From Iphione sp. A-MEVVRFRX5 (Eukaryota): a DNA stretch of 64,000 nucleotides. Below, one piece after another: positions 37,301-50,300 of this stretch. Below the pieces are notes generated by a model that saw nothing but the letters and a program-made list of their open reading frames with translations, did no database searches and was not told the DNA's origin. The position numbers and the translations under genes are program-made. The stretch lies in contig OZ320313.1 of assembly GCA_976226885.1 (NCBI GenBank), positions 46,500,001 through 46,564,000 of the forward strand. The letters are read 5' to 3'. Within the stretch, counting starts at the first letter, position 1. Each line of letters opens with the position of its first letter.

Positions 37301-38399
37301 CTATTATCTTTATGACAGGAATTCACCATTATCTGAGATGTTTGATATGTACGCCAGTGTCGGGCATTATCTTCAAGAGCATCGGTCGACACGAATATAT
37401 TGGTGACATTATCTCTGCTCCTATCATAACGCCCGAACTTAGGTAAATAAAGCACAAACTCCTGTCATTGTGAGCCACATTGCTCAGCACAGGATACAAC
37501 TGAGGGGGAAATCCATGGCAGAATGGGTCAAATATCTGAGATATCGTTGTATCGTTTCCAGAAGTAATTTAACCCAAACACTTCCAGCGTAGCCTACGGT
37601 TTGGAGGTTCTAGACTTCACCTAGATAAAACTACGTCATATTTACTCAGAAAGACATACCCTAGCATGAATTAGTAGTTTTTTGGTTTTGTTGCATGTAT
37701 GTTTGTGGGCGTGTTAGCAAAGGAATAAGTTGACATAATTTCTCCTTTAAAATACTTGTATTACTAAAATTCCCTGGTGCCATGGGTCCATATACATGTA
37801 TACGTATTATATATCTAAATCAGTTCATTTGACCAAAGAATTTGAGAGTTATAAGAACCACAAGAGTGTGACAGAGGGTCAGACAGCCAGCAGCATTCCT
37901 AAGGTCCTGCCCTCTGTATGAGGCGGGGGACAAAAAAGGATTTCAGAACACCAATGGTCCTGATATCTCATTTTAGAAGCTTAAACCTTGCAAAGAAAAT
38001 ATTTTCCTGCTCACTCACTAGATCCAAATAAATCCGCAATATAAAGTAATGCAGACGCCAGAGAACTCTCCAAGAACCTCAGACTCCTGCAAGCGTGGCA
38101 GATCCGACCACACCAGACCTAAGGGCACAAGCCTTTCCAGCACACTACACACAAGGCCAAGAGCTCTTTCCAGCCGCAATCTTAGCGCCAAACAGTCCCC
38201 GTGGCGACTGCGATTGGACAGCTCCCTTCAACGTTATTAACCAAGCTGATTGTCCCCCAAAATCCTTCCTGTAGGCTTTGTCTAAGGCAGAGAAGATTCG
38301 GCTAACATACCAAATGTCAAGTCAGCCAAACCTTCATGTATTACATGTATTAATAGCACGCAACCCGTCTTAGCAAACTTCCTCAGGGTGTTGAGTGCC

Positions 38400-38950
38400 A
38401 CTACTATGATGGCAATGACAAGTAGTCCTGTCTCAGTAGAGGAACTCGCTATTTTGTCCACTGGTCTTACCTTTATCACACACCTGCTAATGTGAGGAAG
38501 GCCTCTGTCCGACACAATCGGGACTACTTCCCCTGCAAGCTAACCTTAAAATGGTTTGTTGGTGAACGGAATCCAGATGACCCGCTCGGCGCCACCTCCA
38601 ATCTCCATCTCAATCCACAACAGCTTCAAGTCAAACGAATGGCCAAACAGCGGCAAGACTCGTAGATGCCCTCGGGCGGAAGCCATCCTTCCGTGGGTGG
38701 AAACTTCTGCGACGAACCTACCCCTTTACAATGCTTGACTGTGAACAGCACCAAGAAAGACCCTCCGAACAAACCTATTAGGGATCCTATATGATAAGCA
38801 GATTCTTCGATGCCTGGCAGCGAAGAGGACATTGTCATGAAGCGGATAGACAAAGCTGGTTCTGACGTTACCATGGATACTGCCTGCCACCAACAGGGTC
38901 TCAAGGCAGCTTACCAAGAAAACGTAGTACCGAAAGCAACCAAACAACCT
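38400..38950 (+). mobile_element. Decayed Penelope-like retroelement remnant (N-terminal/pre-RT region)
   Basis: Frameshifted pieces SSPVSVEELAILSTGLTFI (38421-38477; cf. Penelope LS..E..LLSKGLxF) and EDIVMKRIDKAGSDVTMD (38825-38878; cf. DIVIKPADKGxxVVxMD), in the expected order. Confidence 0.6.
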
Positions 38951-40505
38951 AACCTACACCTCCAGTCGGGAAAGTAACCTTTTGTTGGCATAAAAAACGC
39001 CAGTAGAGACAGATAACGTTGACACGTTGTAACTAATGCGAAGGCATTTGACATCTGCTGCTACTCTTAGAATCGGAGCCAGGAAAGTACTTCTTTACAT
39101 CAGTCAATTAATAGGGGTTATCGGTTTGCAACTATGCACAGAACAGTCTATACTGCACCAAATGTAAATAAATGAAGAATCACTGAGCAATGACAATGCA
39201 TAATGGACACGATCTTGATTACCCATTAAGCGGTACCGGATTTAGTGAAGTTGGTTTCCGTTTTTCAAATAAGATTTATCTTATCTACAATTCTAACACC
39301 GTCTGTAAAGGCGCGGCTATCCCATGATACAATGCTTTAAGTTAGATATAGAATGTGTTCAGAGTTGTGCGTGAAATATTGCTTGGTAGAGATTAAAGAG
39401 GCGCAACAGTGTTTCAAGTACTGCCCCTAACATACACTGTATACATAACATGTCATACCGTATATTTTTATCTTCAAAATTTGTATTAACTTGTGGGAAC
39501 ACTGACTAATGTAAATATACCCTAACAGAGGTGATAAATAACTAAACCTACCATGGGTGTGATGGAACCACCCATAAGGACCAGATAAGGGCTTATAGAT
39601 ACTTCATAAGCCTTTGGGGTGAATCACACCCCATGAGATATGGATGTCAAATTAGGTGTTCATCAACATCCAGACGTGGATGCTACATTTAACCAAATTT
39701 CAATTGTTGACAGTTGATATGGTTACATATCCACATGTGATGACACATGTCTCCAAGACAACCTCTGTGTCATATGGAAGGTTTCAATGAAAACCTTCAG
39801 TTAGATCACGGTCGCATCACTGAGTGGAAGCTTCGCAGCGTTTAACATATATCTAATCATATATTATATGTATATATATGCTCTCTGGTACCACAATTAA
39901 TCTAGCTTCCATAACCACGACCACGACAGGAATGGAAACGGTGGCTGTGCTTGAAAGGACGCGTTGAGAGACTGAGACGTCTGCTAGCAACCCTACTCCA
40001 AACGGCAGCCCCCAGCTGGGTTCGACGTCAAGATTAACCTCAGGTCACTACTGCTGTTCTTTTCAATGAAGCAGCTTAGCGGGTGGCTCCCAAAAGTCCC
40101 CAAAGAATAAGCAAGGAAACCCATTCAGATTTTCTGAAGAATGGGGTGAAATTTGGCTACGGATGCATACTGCCCTGTGTTGGGCTGAGAAATAAGCTGA
40201 ATGACAAGGACAGTAGGGATCACGAAACGCTGTCCGGTTACTCTAGCTAAAAGGGTGCTAGCCATACCTTCTGGTTCATACGTCAACCAAGAAGGACAAG
40301 CCCATAGGCAAGGTCAGTGTTTAGCGTGCATGTGGCACAAGTTTGAATGACCTTTCCGAATGTAAGTGCTCTTTAGTCAAGTGTTTCCATTTAAAGTAAC
40401 TCATTATGTGAAGCCTCAATAGAAAGCTATTGGCTACGTTTTCAAGGCCCGGGTGTGCACGAAGTACTTGCATACACCTGTGCGGTGTTCAAACCAGACC
40501 TGAGG

Positions 40506-40510
<5 letters not shown>

Positions 40511-40583
<73 letters not shown>
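40511..40583. repeat. Compound (TC)n(TA)n microsatellite
   Basis: Directly visible. Confidence 0.95.
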
Positions 40584-40585
<2 letters not shown>

Positions 40586-41129
40586 CAGTACATTAGATAC
40601 ACTAAAAAACAGTGGTTCTACTAGAAGGAAACTGTAGCTGCACAACTGCATGGCGATGGTCTTGCGTTCACTGACCAAGTACCTAATATCTTCTGGCCTG
40701 AGTATGTCATAGTCAAACTCTTTATCATTTGTATCATAAACGATTCATTTGAGAACTGGAGTTTAAAGGCCTCAGATAAGGATGAATAAAGTCCTAAAAC
40801 AATTCAAAACAAGAGAAAACAGAGCAAAACTATAAACTGAGGGTGATGGCGTGCGCCAAAATCACACACACCCTCCCGAACCCCACCGATACAAAGACAG
40901 GTTCTACAACCACCTTCTTACCAACGAGTTAGAGATCTTATCGAATGGGCAGGCGGGTGAGAGCTGGGACAAGGTGCTTTAAACCGTACATAAGGGAAAA
41001 GGACGCAACAGTATTTAAGAAAACCTCACGGAGAAGGCAGCACGTGCCTGACACGCTCTGGACATGCCATTGCCTGTTCAGGAAGCCTGCCTCTCCTCGG
41101 CCACCTAAGGACTGCTAACCTTAGCCGAA

Positions 41130-42170
41130 CCACGTCCTATAAGTGCAGTTGATGTGGCATCAGCGTATTGTTCTGCCCCTATCTCGCCAGAGCACTGGGG
41201 ATATTAGGGTCTCTCCTGGCCAGGCGGGAGGAAACAATATTATCTGTTAGACGGCCGTACGTGATTCGGTCTCTTATACGCCCTTATATATATACATATA
41301 TATTCATTTTCCTCTCCGCTGCTTTTTTTGGTGGTAGTCCCTGCATAGTCTCGGAAAGTTAACAATATCTGTGTTATTTACACAATATTTATTGTGTCCT
41401 TTGGATAAGATTGGGCAGTTATACAAGAGACGTTTGCATGTATTCAGGTTATTTGCTTCCTAGGAGCTTTGGGTTTTGCATAACACGGTGGTGTACTTTT
41501 TGCGGTATACAGTGTAGCTTAAATTCTAATGTATCAACTGTCTCAATCCCAGGCGAGACTGAGTCTCGTGTGGTAGCCTTGAGGCTCGGTTCAGCGGGGA
41601 CAGTGTCTCACTATGTCGTCCAGCGGCTGACGACCCCCAAGACTTCTACTGCTGAGCCAGATCTGGAGCAAAAGTTTCCGCTAGGTGCTTCCATGTAAGC
41701 TTTTCTTATAAGAAATCACACATCCTCTAAAACACTCCGTCTCCGACGTCCAATGGTGGATGTGCCATCGAAACAGGAGTACCTCACCATGCATGATCCC
41801 ACTCCCCACTCCTACAATATCTGGGGCCCTCAAACTATCTGTGCAGATGTCCACCACTTCAAGTGTCCCACCTGGCAGGATTTCAACGATGTTTACGCTC
41901 AACGGCACCAGAACCGTTAGGAATACGAAGAGTGCAATTTGACCAGAACCACTAGATCCACTGGCTTCATAATGAAATGCCCTAGAACTTTAAGACATTG
42001 CCATATACTGTGAATATCAAAAGCATACATCTGGGCCCTTCTCCAGCCACAGGCTCTAAACCATTCTCTTGCCAGGATTGTCGCATTCCTTTCCCTAGTT
42101 CCTTTTCCGACTGTTCACTGAATCCCAGGGAATGCTAACGGGGAGGGGCCTTTGCAATCTAGCATTGCGT
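41130..42170 (+). mobile_element. Decayed DIRS/Ngaro-like retrotransposon RT-RNaseH remnant
   Basis: SAVDVASAYCSAPISPEHWGY*GLSWP (41142-41222; cf. KxDxxSAYxxVPIHPxxWxxLGxxW), VPPGR near 41865 and LFTESQG near 42110 (cf. LFTDASG), collinear but with stops and frameshifts. Confidence 0.5.
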
Positions 42171-42788
42171 AGTCTTTCCCAAAGGATACATCGTTTAGCT
42201 TTAGCCAAAGACTGAAACCTTTAGGGATGTAACTTTATGCAAGACACTTTTAATTAACCGGTGATCCAGCAAAGACATATCAATGTGTATATAACTCTGT
42301 AGTTCAGGACATAGACACCAAGAGACGCATAGTTGGCAGTATGCGAGGAAAGGGTAACTTAAAATGTCAGATCATGTCTTTTTGCTTCAAGTGACAGTGT
42401 AATTTCCCTCCTACAGTTAAAGAGGGTAGGACTACAGCTCAGGGTCGCATTCGCGCAAGTCTATCTTTTGACAGACATATCGGTCAAAACTACTACGGGC
42501 TCTATACAAGTTGTATCGGGCTTCTTTTGTAGATACTGGAATTCTCCTAGATTTTCAAACAACTGCCAAACTGTTCTGTCTTTTAACCTGACTAAAAGGT
42601 ACACATTGTGCCGCACTTTCGATAAAATGGAGCTTTGGTGGGGAAAACAGTTTAATTCTGCAGTCACCTGGGTTGATTTATCACAGGTAGACTCATCTCT
42701 GAGGCACCGCTTATATCTTTATGTTTGCACTGTAATTGTCTCTTTACTTTAAAACAAATTGTTTTCTAAACGAATGTGGACGAATGTT

Positions 42789-42820
42789 CAAAATCCAAGT
42801 GGACAAAATCCAAGTGGACA
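42789..42820. repeat. 15-bp tandem duplication
   Basis: caaaatccaagtgga twice. Confidence 0.85.
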
Positions 42821-45449
42821 TGTATATCGTCTCTAGCTAAAAGAAATGAAGGAAAACATCAGTAGAGTTCTACCCAATATGGCAATCTGAGCAAGCCTGA
42901 TATCAGATGGGCGGGCGCCGTTATGGCAAACATTCCCTTCCGTGCGCGGTTAACAAGAGGTGGTTCCCTGTGGAGTGCTGCACGAGGTCCATTTTAAAGC
43001 AAGTCACTCATTAGTTGCGACTTACACCTCTCTCATCATATTGGGAACAGCAGACTGTTTCACGGTACCTCTGATAAGTACCAGTAATATTAATGGCCTT
43101 GTGCTGAGCAATACTACTGCCATTAAATATTCAAGAACTACATGATTAAAAAAAATGAACCCTTGCAGATTAAGACACGAATAATTATAGGGACGGTTCC
43201 TTCTGTATGTGTCCTAATTCATAGATACAAAAACTGAATATATAATTCTGATGGTCGTAGAAAATAAGAGCCTGTACAACAAACTCGCATACTATTGAAA
43301 CTAATGAAACGGAATATTTGCTCTGGCATCACTGGGTTTACAAGAAAGGCTCGGCACAAAGCATTCTCCACCGTCTCCATCACAGACCATATTTTTCACT
43401 TCCAATATCACAAATTTGAAATTCCCTACGGGTCACCTCCTTGCATGCCTCCTGCTTTGCCTTCCGAAAGCATTAACACTTCGATTCTGATCGCCGCGAA
43501 GCTAAAAAAAACTTTCTCATGAAATTCTGTTATCCTCTCCCCATTCCTTAGAATTTCTTCCGATAAAGACTTATAGCCTCACCGATTTATTGCCATATTC
43601 AGGCTTCTTTAACGTTTAGTTCAGACTTCTGAAAACAAGACATATTTATCAAAGAGGAATAAGGTTAACCCATTTGCAAATACATGTGTCCTTTTTAAAA
43701 TCAAGCCTTCTGTCAAAGGCAAAAAAACAGGCACCGTCAAAAACATTCCATTTTCAGAAACGGGCGCAATATGAATAATTCACTTGAGTGTTGAGTACAC
43801 TTAAAACACAAAATGGAACCACCATTTTTCACCGTCAATTTAAGGCTCATCACAAGAGTGTTCAGATGAGGCTGCAAGTTTTAACCGCGCCAATATTCAT
43901 TTGCTCCTCTGAAACGGGGATTGGAATGCGGAACGTATCTTCTTCGTAAATTCATTTCAAGCAGGGCAACAGAATCACGCATTACTCGATCAATAACTTT
44001 AATTGTGCAGATTCGGACGCATGAGAACTTCGTATAATCACATATATTGACATATTCAATGTTCTATTAGCATTTCAATGCGTTCCTTGCACACGTACAT
44101 GATCCACTTCTAATCCTGATAACGCACATTGTCCGTTGAAGCACTACAAATAGGTTTTGAGGATTACTTTGACACTACACGATGTAATGAAGTTACAGTA
44201 AAACTTGGGCGGAAGGTAATCAAATACTGTCTAGCAAAGCTGATGACTTTGCAAACCGCTTCCTACATGGTGTCTGACCCCCGAAGGATCGATACATGCA
44301 TCGATGTCGGAGTTGGTTTAACTAGCCAGCGCGCGTGGACGAGGAAGACTGGCTTGGCTACCGCATGGTTTATGTTCTCACCGATCGGATTATACTCGCG
44401 CTCCTCCATCAGGAGCCATCATTTGCGGCGACGCTATGATCTAGGCGGCCGTTACGCTACAGAGAGGGTTACCGTTATTCAATCGGGTCGCTTCTCGCGA
44501 TCTATGGCCCATTGGACAGCTTTCTCTACAGAGTTCTGGCCACGTAGGTCTGCTTCCAATCTGGTTAATAAAAGATACGGAAGGCACCCTCAACCCACAC
44601 AACGTAACTAACTAGTACATGGACAGGTAGCAAACTCAATTCAATTCTAGCACACGACCTTTCCTTTCTTATTATCTAAGACATGATGGATTAGTATTGA
44701 CGGGCCACACCTATGTGACGTTTCATTTTGACGACTTTGATTACAGCTAAAATGTTGTTAAATAACCAGTGTTAACCAACAAACGCCGCCCACATGAACA
44801 CCGACGTGATCAATATAATGAGTACATGTGTATTTTTAATATGAGGCAGCCCTAACAAGCTGGGGCCCGACCCAGGTTGATAGGCAGGAACGTGGAATCC
44901 CACTTGAGATAAAGCTTTACAATAGCGATACCAGTATCGAAGGATTAAATGAACAATCATATCAATAGAACTAAGCGGCGTTCGGTCCTCGTGGTCACGG
45001 AACAATTACGCAATGTCGACTTTTCGTATCTGACACCGTTCTCTTCTCTGAAGGACAGACTCGCAAGGACACACTGTTAGGACGGAGAGTAGGGAAGGGG
45101 GGAGACGGGAGGACAGGACGGAGAACAGGTATCGTGAGGGTCAGTGGTTATGAGAGGTCCATGTGTTCAACAGTACACGCCATTAAGTAGATGGAAGCCT
45201 GAGCTGTGGCTAAGTGATCATTAGCCGAGCACCTCACCAGCTGCTCCTCGGGACCAGCTCGCAGCATAGCACCGGTCGAGCCGCTGGCATTGAGTAAAGA
45301 CAGGCCAATAAATTCCCATGATCACTTTCCACAGCACACAGCACAAAGAAAGGGAATTCTTTCGGTTACTGAACTACATGTACATTGTATATATACATGT
45401 CTAATTTTCTGAATCATTATATATCCTTTGAAATGCCGTGGTAGATAAT

Positions 45450-45744
45450 NNNNNNNNNNNNNNNNNNNNNNNNNNNNNNNNNNNNNNNNNNNNNNNNNNN
45501 NNNNNNNNNNNNNNNNNNNNNNNNNNNNNNNNNNNNNNNNNNNNNNNNNNNNNNNNNNNNNNNNNNNNNNNNNNNNNNNNNNNNNNNNNNNNNNNNNNNN
45601 NNNNNNNNNNNNNNNNNNNNNNNNNNNNNNNNNNNNNNNNNNNNNNNNNNNNNNNNNNNNNNNNNNNNNNNNNNNNNNNNNNNNNNNNNNNNNNNNNNNN
45701 NNNNNNNNNNNNNNNNNNNNNNNNNNNNNNNNNNNNNNNNNNNN
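45450..45744. other. Assembly gap
   Basis: N run. Confidence 0.99.
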
Positions 45745-47254
45745 AGCAGCAGTATGAATCGGGAGTCTTGAAGGACAATTACATAGAACTTGGCAGTTCA
45801 GACTGCTTTCATTTCAAAAACGACCCCCTGAGGTACCGGTAGGGAACAAGGAAGTGCTTATAAAATAAAACTATTTTTAGTGTACCTAACCTCTGACAAA
45901 GGAGTATATATTTTAGAGAGATCGCTGTGGCTAAAACAAGATCTGGTCTCAGGGTATTCGCAGCAGTCTATCCTGGGGGAAAATTGGCAATAAGTGGCAT
46001 CATACCTTTACAACCTTGTTTAGGAAATGTGTAAAATATAACCAGACATTTATACTTACTACAGTGCAGTGACGTTAAACCGACCCTTCTTTGGTTATTT
46101 GTGGCGAAAATTCAATACACTAAGGGAGAGGTAACCCATTGTTGCCTGTCTTTTTGGTGCCATCTTAGGAACAAAATGTTGAATGGCCTACAAAGTAAAA
46201 GTAAATCTCTCGTTCTTTCTCACCATTTAAAGTTTCATGAAAGTCAGCGTTCAGGAGAATGCCATCGTTCACTCGGTATCGCATTTAGAACCGAGACTGC
46301 CAAAAGGGATCGGCATTTGAACTCATACCATCGGTTTTTCCTGTGAGCAGGCCACAGATTGTCATCACTCTTACCTGCACCCTGCTGCACTCATTACGGG
46401 CTAAGGCGGCTCGTCTGCGTGAACCTTCCTCCCTGCTGATCAATCCTTAAAATCGGGAGCTCGGGAAGATGAAGACAGTGGCCGAAGCATAGGTGACGAC
46501 ACCAGGAATGTACAGGGGTTGGGGGTAGCGGCTTTCCACAAGTTACCTACTACACAAAGAAGGATGGCATTGAAAGTGGGATTGGCTTGACAAATGAACC
46601 GAAATGTAGAAGGCCTAGAGCGAGAAAAGTAAACTAGACATGCGTGTATCCTATTAAACAGACCTGAACGCATTAGGATTCCACTGAAAAGAGTAGCGCT
46701 TATCTTGAAGTAACTTGCCAGGCCATTACATGTGTCTCTAAAACGGGGGCCTCTTCCCACCGTCTAGCGCGGTGACACCCACTTGCAAACTTAGTGCGCG
46801 CGAAGATAGAGGTCTGCAGTATCAACGGGTGACATAAAGCGCGGAGGGGGGGGGGGTCTTAGGTGCTACCTATGACAGACTAACAAGAGAGACAGATATG
46901 TAGACGAAAAGGAAAGGGGAAGGGAGGAAAGCCAGGCCACGAAGGGATTGCTCGGGCGTCTAATGGGACGCAGCCTATTAGAAGAATCTAGTGTTTTCTG
47001 CCGGCGCTTCCCCTACCGCGGCCGTGAGCCATTCGGTGGATTCAATTACTCAAGAGCTGCTCGAGATCCATGTCACGTCCCCTTGCGAGACGCCTGCAGG
47101 GGGGGGGGGTAGTGGAACGTAGTCCCCAGACATGGGAACCGGCAGAACCATCGAGTTACTACTGGAGGAAAGCCACAGCAGCGGAGCAAACAGAGCAAAG
47201 CCAACGTTACTTGTCTTTGTGCGTCGCGTGTTCGACTGTATCTGGCGTGCGGGC

Positions 47255-47270
47255 GTGTACGCGCGCGCGC

Positions 47271-47301
<31 letters not shown>

Positions 47302-47311
47302 CGTGCGTGCG
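47255..47311. repeat. (GC)n/(GT)n/(GCGT)n alternating purine-pyrimidine microsatellite
   Basis: Directly visible. Confidence 0.9.
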
Positions 47312-50300
47312 AGCATGTGTGCTTACGTATATCTGGCGTACAGGCGTCTTGCGTGTGTTGATGTCCATGCGAGTGTGTGGATTTGCTTCGATGTAAATTT
47401 AAGCATGGTTTTGTACTGGAAGGATTTTATTGTGGTGTACAGTGAAAGCTGATGAGAGAAGTCAGAGATGTCAAGGAGGCAAATGGCCAACTGGCACGAT
47501 TTCATGTGCCACAGGTAAGGAAAGCGTGGATATTAAGTGACAATAAATGGGGAGGCAACGATGTCTGAAACGGCCAAATGGGGAATGGAAGAACTCATGA
47601 GTAGAAGGGATCGGGTGTATGTTGGGGTATGAGTGTTTCCATCACCAATTCTATTCCTGCCGCTGCCATCGATTGTTCGGGAGGATGTGCTGGTATCCTT
47701 TGGCCGATCCCTGTGTGGCGCCCCCGGCACTAGCCATTAGGTTTACAAAACGATCTCCGCTTCCAGGAAAAAATACCAAGTAAAAAGCAATTCCATCCAA
47801 ATATTGACCGCAACGTACGATTGGAGATTTAATATAGTACGCGTGCCACATTTTTATGCTGTGGCCACCCACGGGCGATCTATTTTTAGCATCTTTAATT
47901 CCATCCTGTAGTTCCCGGCCACCAGCAGCACACCATCAGTTCCACTTCTTAAGGCAGTAGGTAAAAATATTGACCGCTTCATATACAATAAGGCAAATTC
48001 CCTTCGATTAGATACCAGCCATTCTGCTTACTAATGCCAATTTCGTGTAAAGTATGTTCGTTATGTCATTTTTTTAAAGCCACGTGTTGATAAAGGTATA
48101 TTTATGTCAGATATTGTTGGAGAAAACACCCGCTTTTAAAACAGGTGACCAGTACCGGTCTATATATCTTGTTGATATTGTGGTGATGCTGAATAAGCGT
48201 AGTCCTGCAACGAGCCAGAACGGCTATAACGCCTACAAGAGTCTATCTGTCTCTCGGGAAGGCCAATCTCATTTATCGCTGCAACTGCTCGGGTGAGCTC
48301 ACCCTTAATCTTGTTTCGAGATAATATTTACAACATGAAATGACTAGTTCAAACACAATACCACGACTGCAAAAGCATTAAGTGAGTGACTGTATCCGCC
48401 AGATGAACGTAATTCAATTTTTCTGCAATACAAATGGCTACGTGACGTGGATTTCGTCGTGTTGTTATCTACCACGAGCAAACATACAAACGGGCACGCG
48501 GCCAGACGGTGGAAAAGCATACCGTTTGTTTACAAGGTGAGACTTCATTAATTTCCACGTGTGTAAGGCACTGGATCTGGTCCTCAGGACAGGAATATGG
48601 CACAGCAGTTACTTTATGTGCAGGGGTAACAGCATGAAATCTGGGCCCGTGATATAGACGAATACTAAGCTACAATAAGAAGCTTTGTGATGAACGCTTT
48701 CCTGCGTATGTTCCATACAGGCTACCCTGTTTCCTGTAAGCCGCTTATGGCTCAACTTGGAGGGGAAAGATTGGTTTATTATAGTCAGATTCACCTTGGT
48801 CCTTGGGTGGTGGTCACCATTTGAATGGACCTGGCCACAGGACACCGTCCACTGGGTGTGAGGTAAGATGTATGTCGCCTCTTCTTCCCCCGCCTGGTCG
48901 CGTGGGTGAAGCCAGAACCCATCCTTCCTGTTTCCTCACCCCCCCCCCAGTAATCTGATAATGGTGCTGTGGCCTAGCTAACGGCCATCGTGGAGCCGGC
49001 CCAACCACCACCCACCCACCCAACAGAGCAGCTAAGCCCTGCCAGCTACGAACCCCCTCCTCCTTCCACCACCTGGCTGGCACAGGCATCAAACCTTCCA
49101 ATCAACCTTCTTCAACGATCGCGAATTGATGCTGAAATCGTATGCACCTATCGGTTTAAAAGAATTGTGGTAGGCTCACTTCAGGTAAAGACGTACTACG
49201 CAAAACACATAATACTTTGCTAGTAAACTGCCTAAAATGAATACCTACGACCTGAAACGAAGACCATGTCATATCCCTTAAAGTCGTTTACAATGCATAC
49301 TTCATCGTTAACCGACCTGAAAAAATTCCTGAAAGATACGGTTGCTGTCGTTGTCTAGACAATAACAATTATTTTGTCTGTGGTCGCATGACCGCCTAGC
49401 ATGCCACATGTTCGCATATGAGTGTCATTACATATGATGTACATGGATATATATTGTAAATGAATATCGAATAAAATAAAAAGCAATGCTCAGTCGAAAC
49501 AATGTTGACTCTATTGAAAAGTTCAAAATTAATATAAAAAGAAATGGCATGAAATCAGGCCTCCTTATATACAGCAACTTAACTATAATATATGTAGACA
49601 GAACCTTTCACAGAACCTTTCTAAATTGTCTAATAATATGTATATGCTATGCTTGTCAGCTATCCTCTAAGTCGTCTCGACATCATGAATTATTTAGACT
49701 CTACTATTTATAGTTACTGAAACTAACATACATGCATTATAATTGTCCCATCAATACTGTTAATAACTCTACATGTTACATGTTGTACACGTGATATATT
49801 TGATATGTTTTTGTTGGCTGATAACCAACCTAGGCTGATGCCAACATTTATTAGTTATCACTCCAAAATAACTCCGGACTACAAATGGGATGAGCTGTAC
49901 TAATAGGGGAATTACGTGTCTAAACAAAGGGTAAGGAATATTATATGTGTTGCGATTAACGAAGTCACAGTTCAAAAGTAACACAAAGACCTAGGCCTGC
50001 TCCTATTGTTTGAGAAAGAATGGATGCACGACCTCCATTGCAGATATATCATTTACTGGTGAGACGTCAGCTCAGAAGTTGCCCATAAACCACGTAGGTA
50101 GTAGTACACAAGACGGGCCACTGCTACAGGCACGTTGTCCCCGTCCAAATATGTTATCCTTAAATAGGTTTTTTATGGTAATATTCTGTTGTGTCTCTGT
50201 GCAAAGAATATTATATATTACACCTGCTGTGTGTAAAATCATACATAACATCTGTAACTCATCTCCAAGCGAAAGTAAATCCAGGAAGTAACACCTTAAA

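Noticed and set aside
18401-45842. Long ORFs containing X runs (18401, 30999, 45401, 45438)
   Set aside because: Artefacts of translating through N gaps.
17796-47452. Poly-Leu, YI-repeat and VC/TH-repeat ORFs (17796, 40442/40455, 47050-47452)
   Set aside because: Translations of microsatellites.
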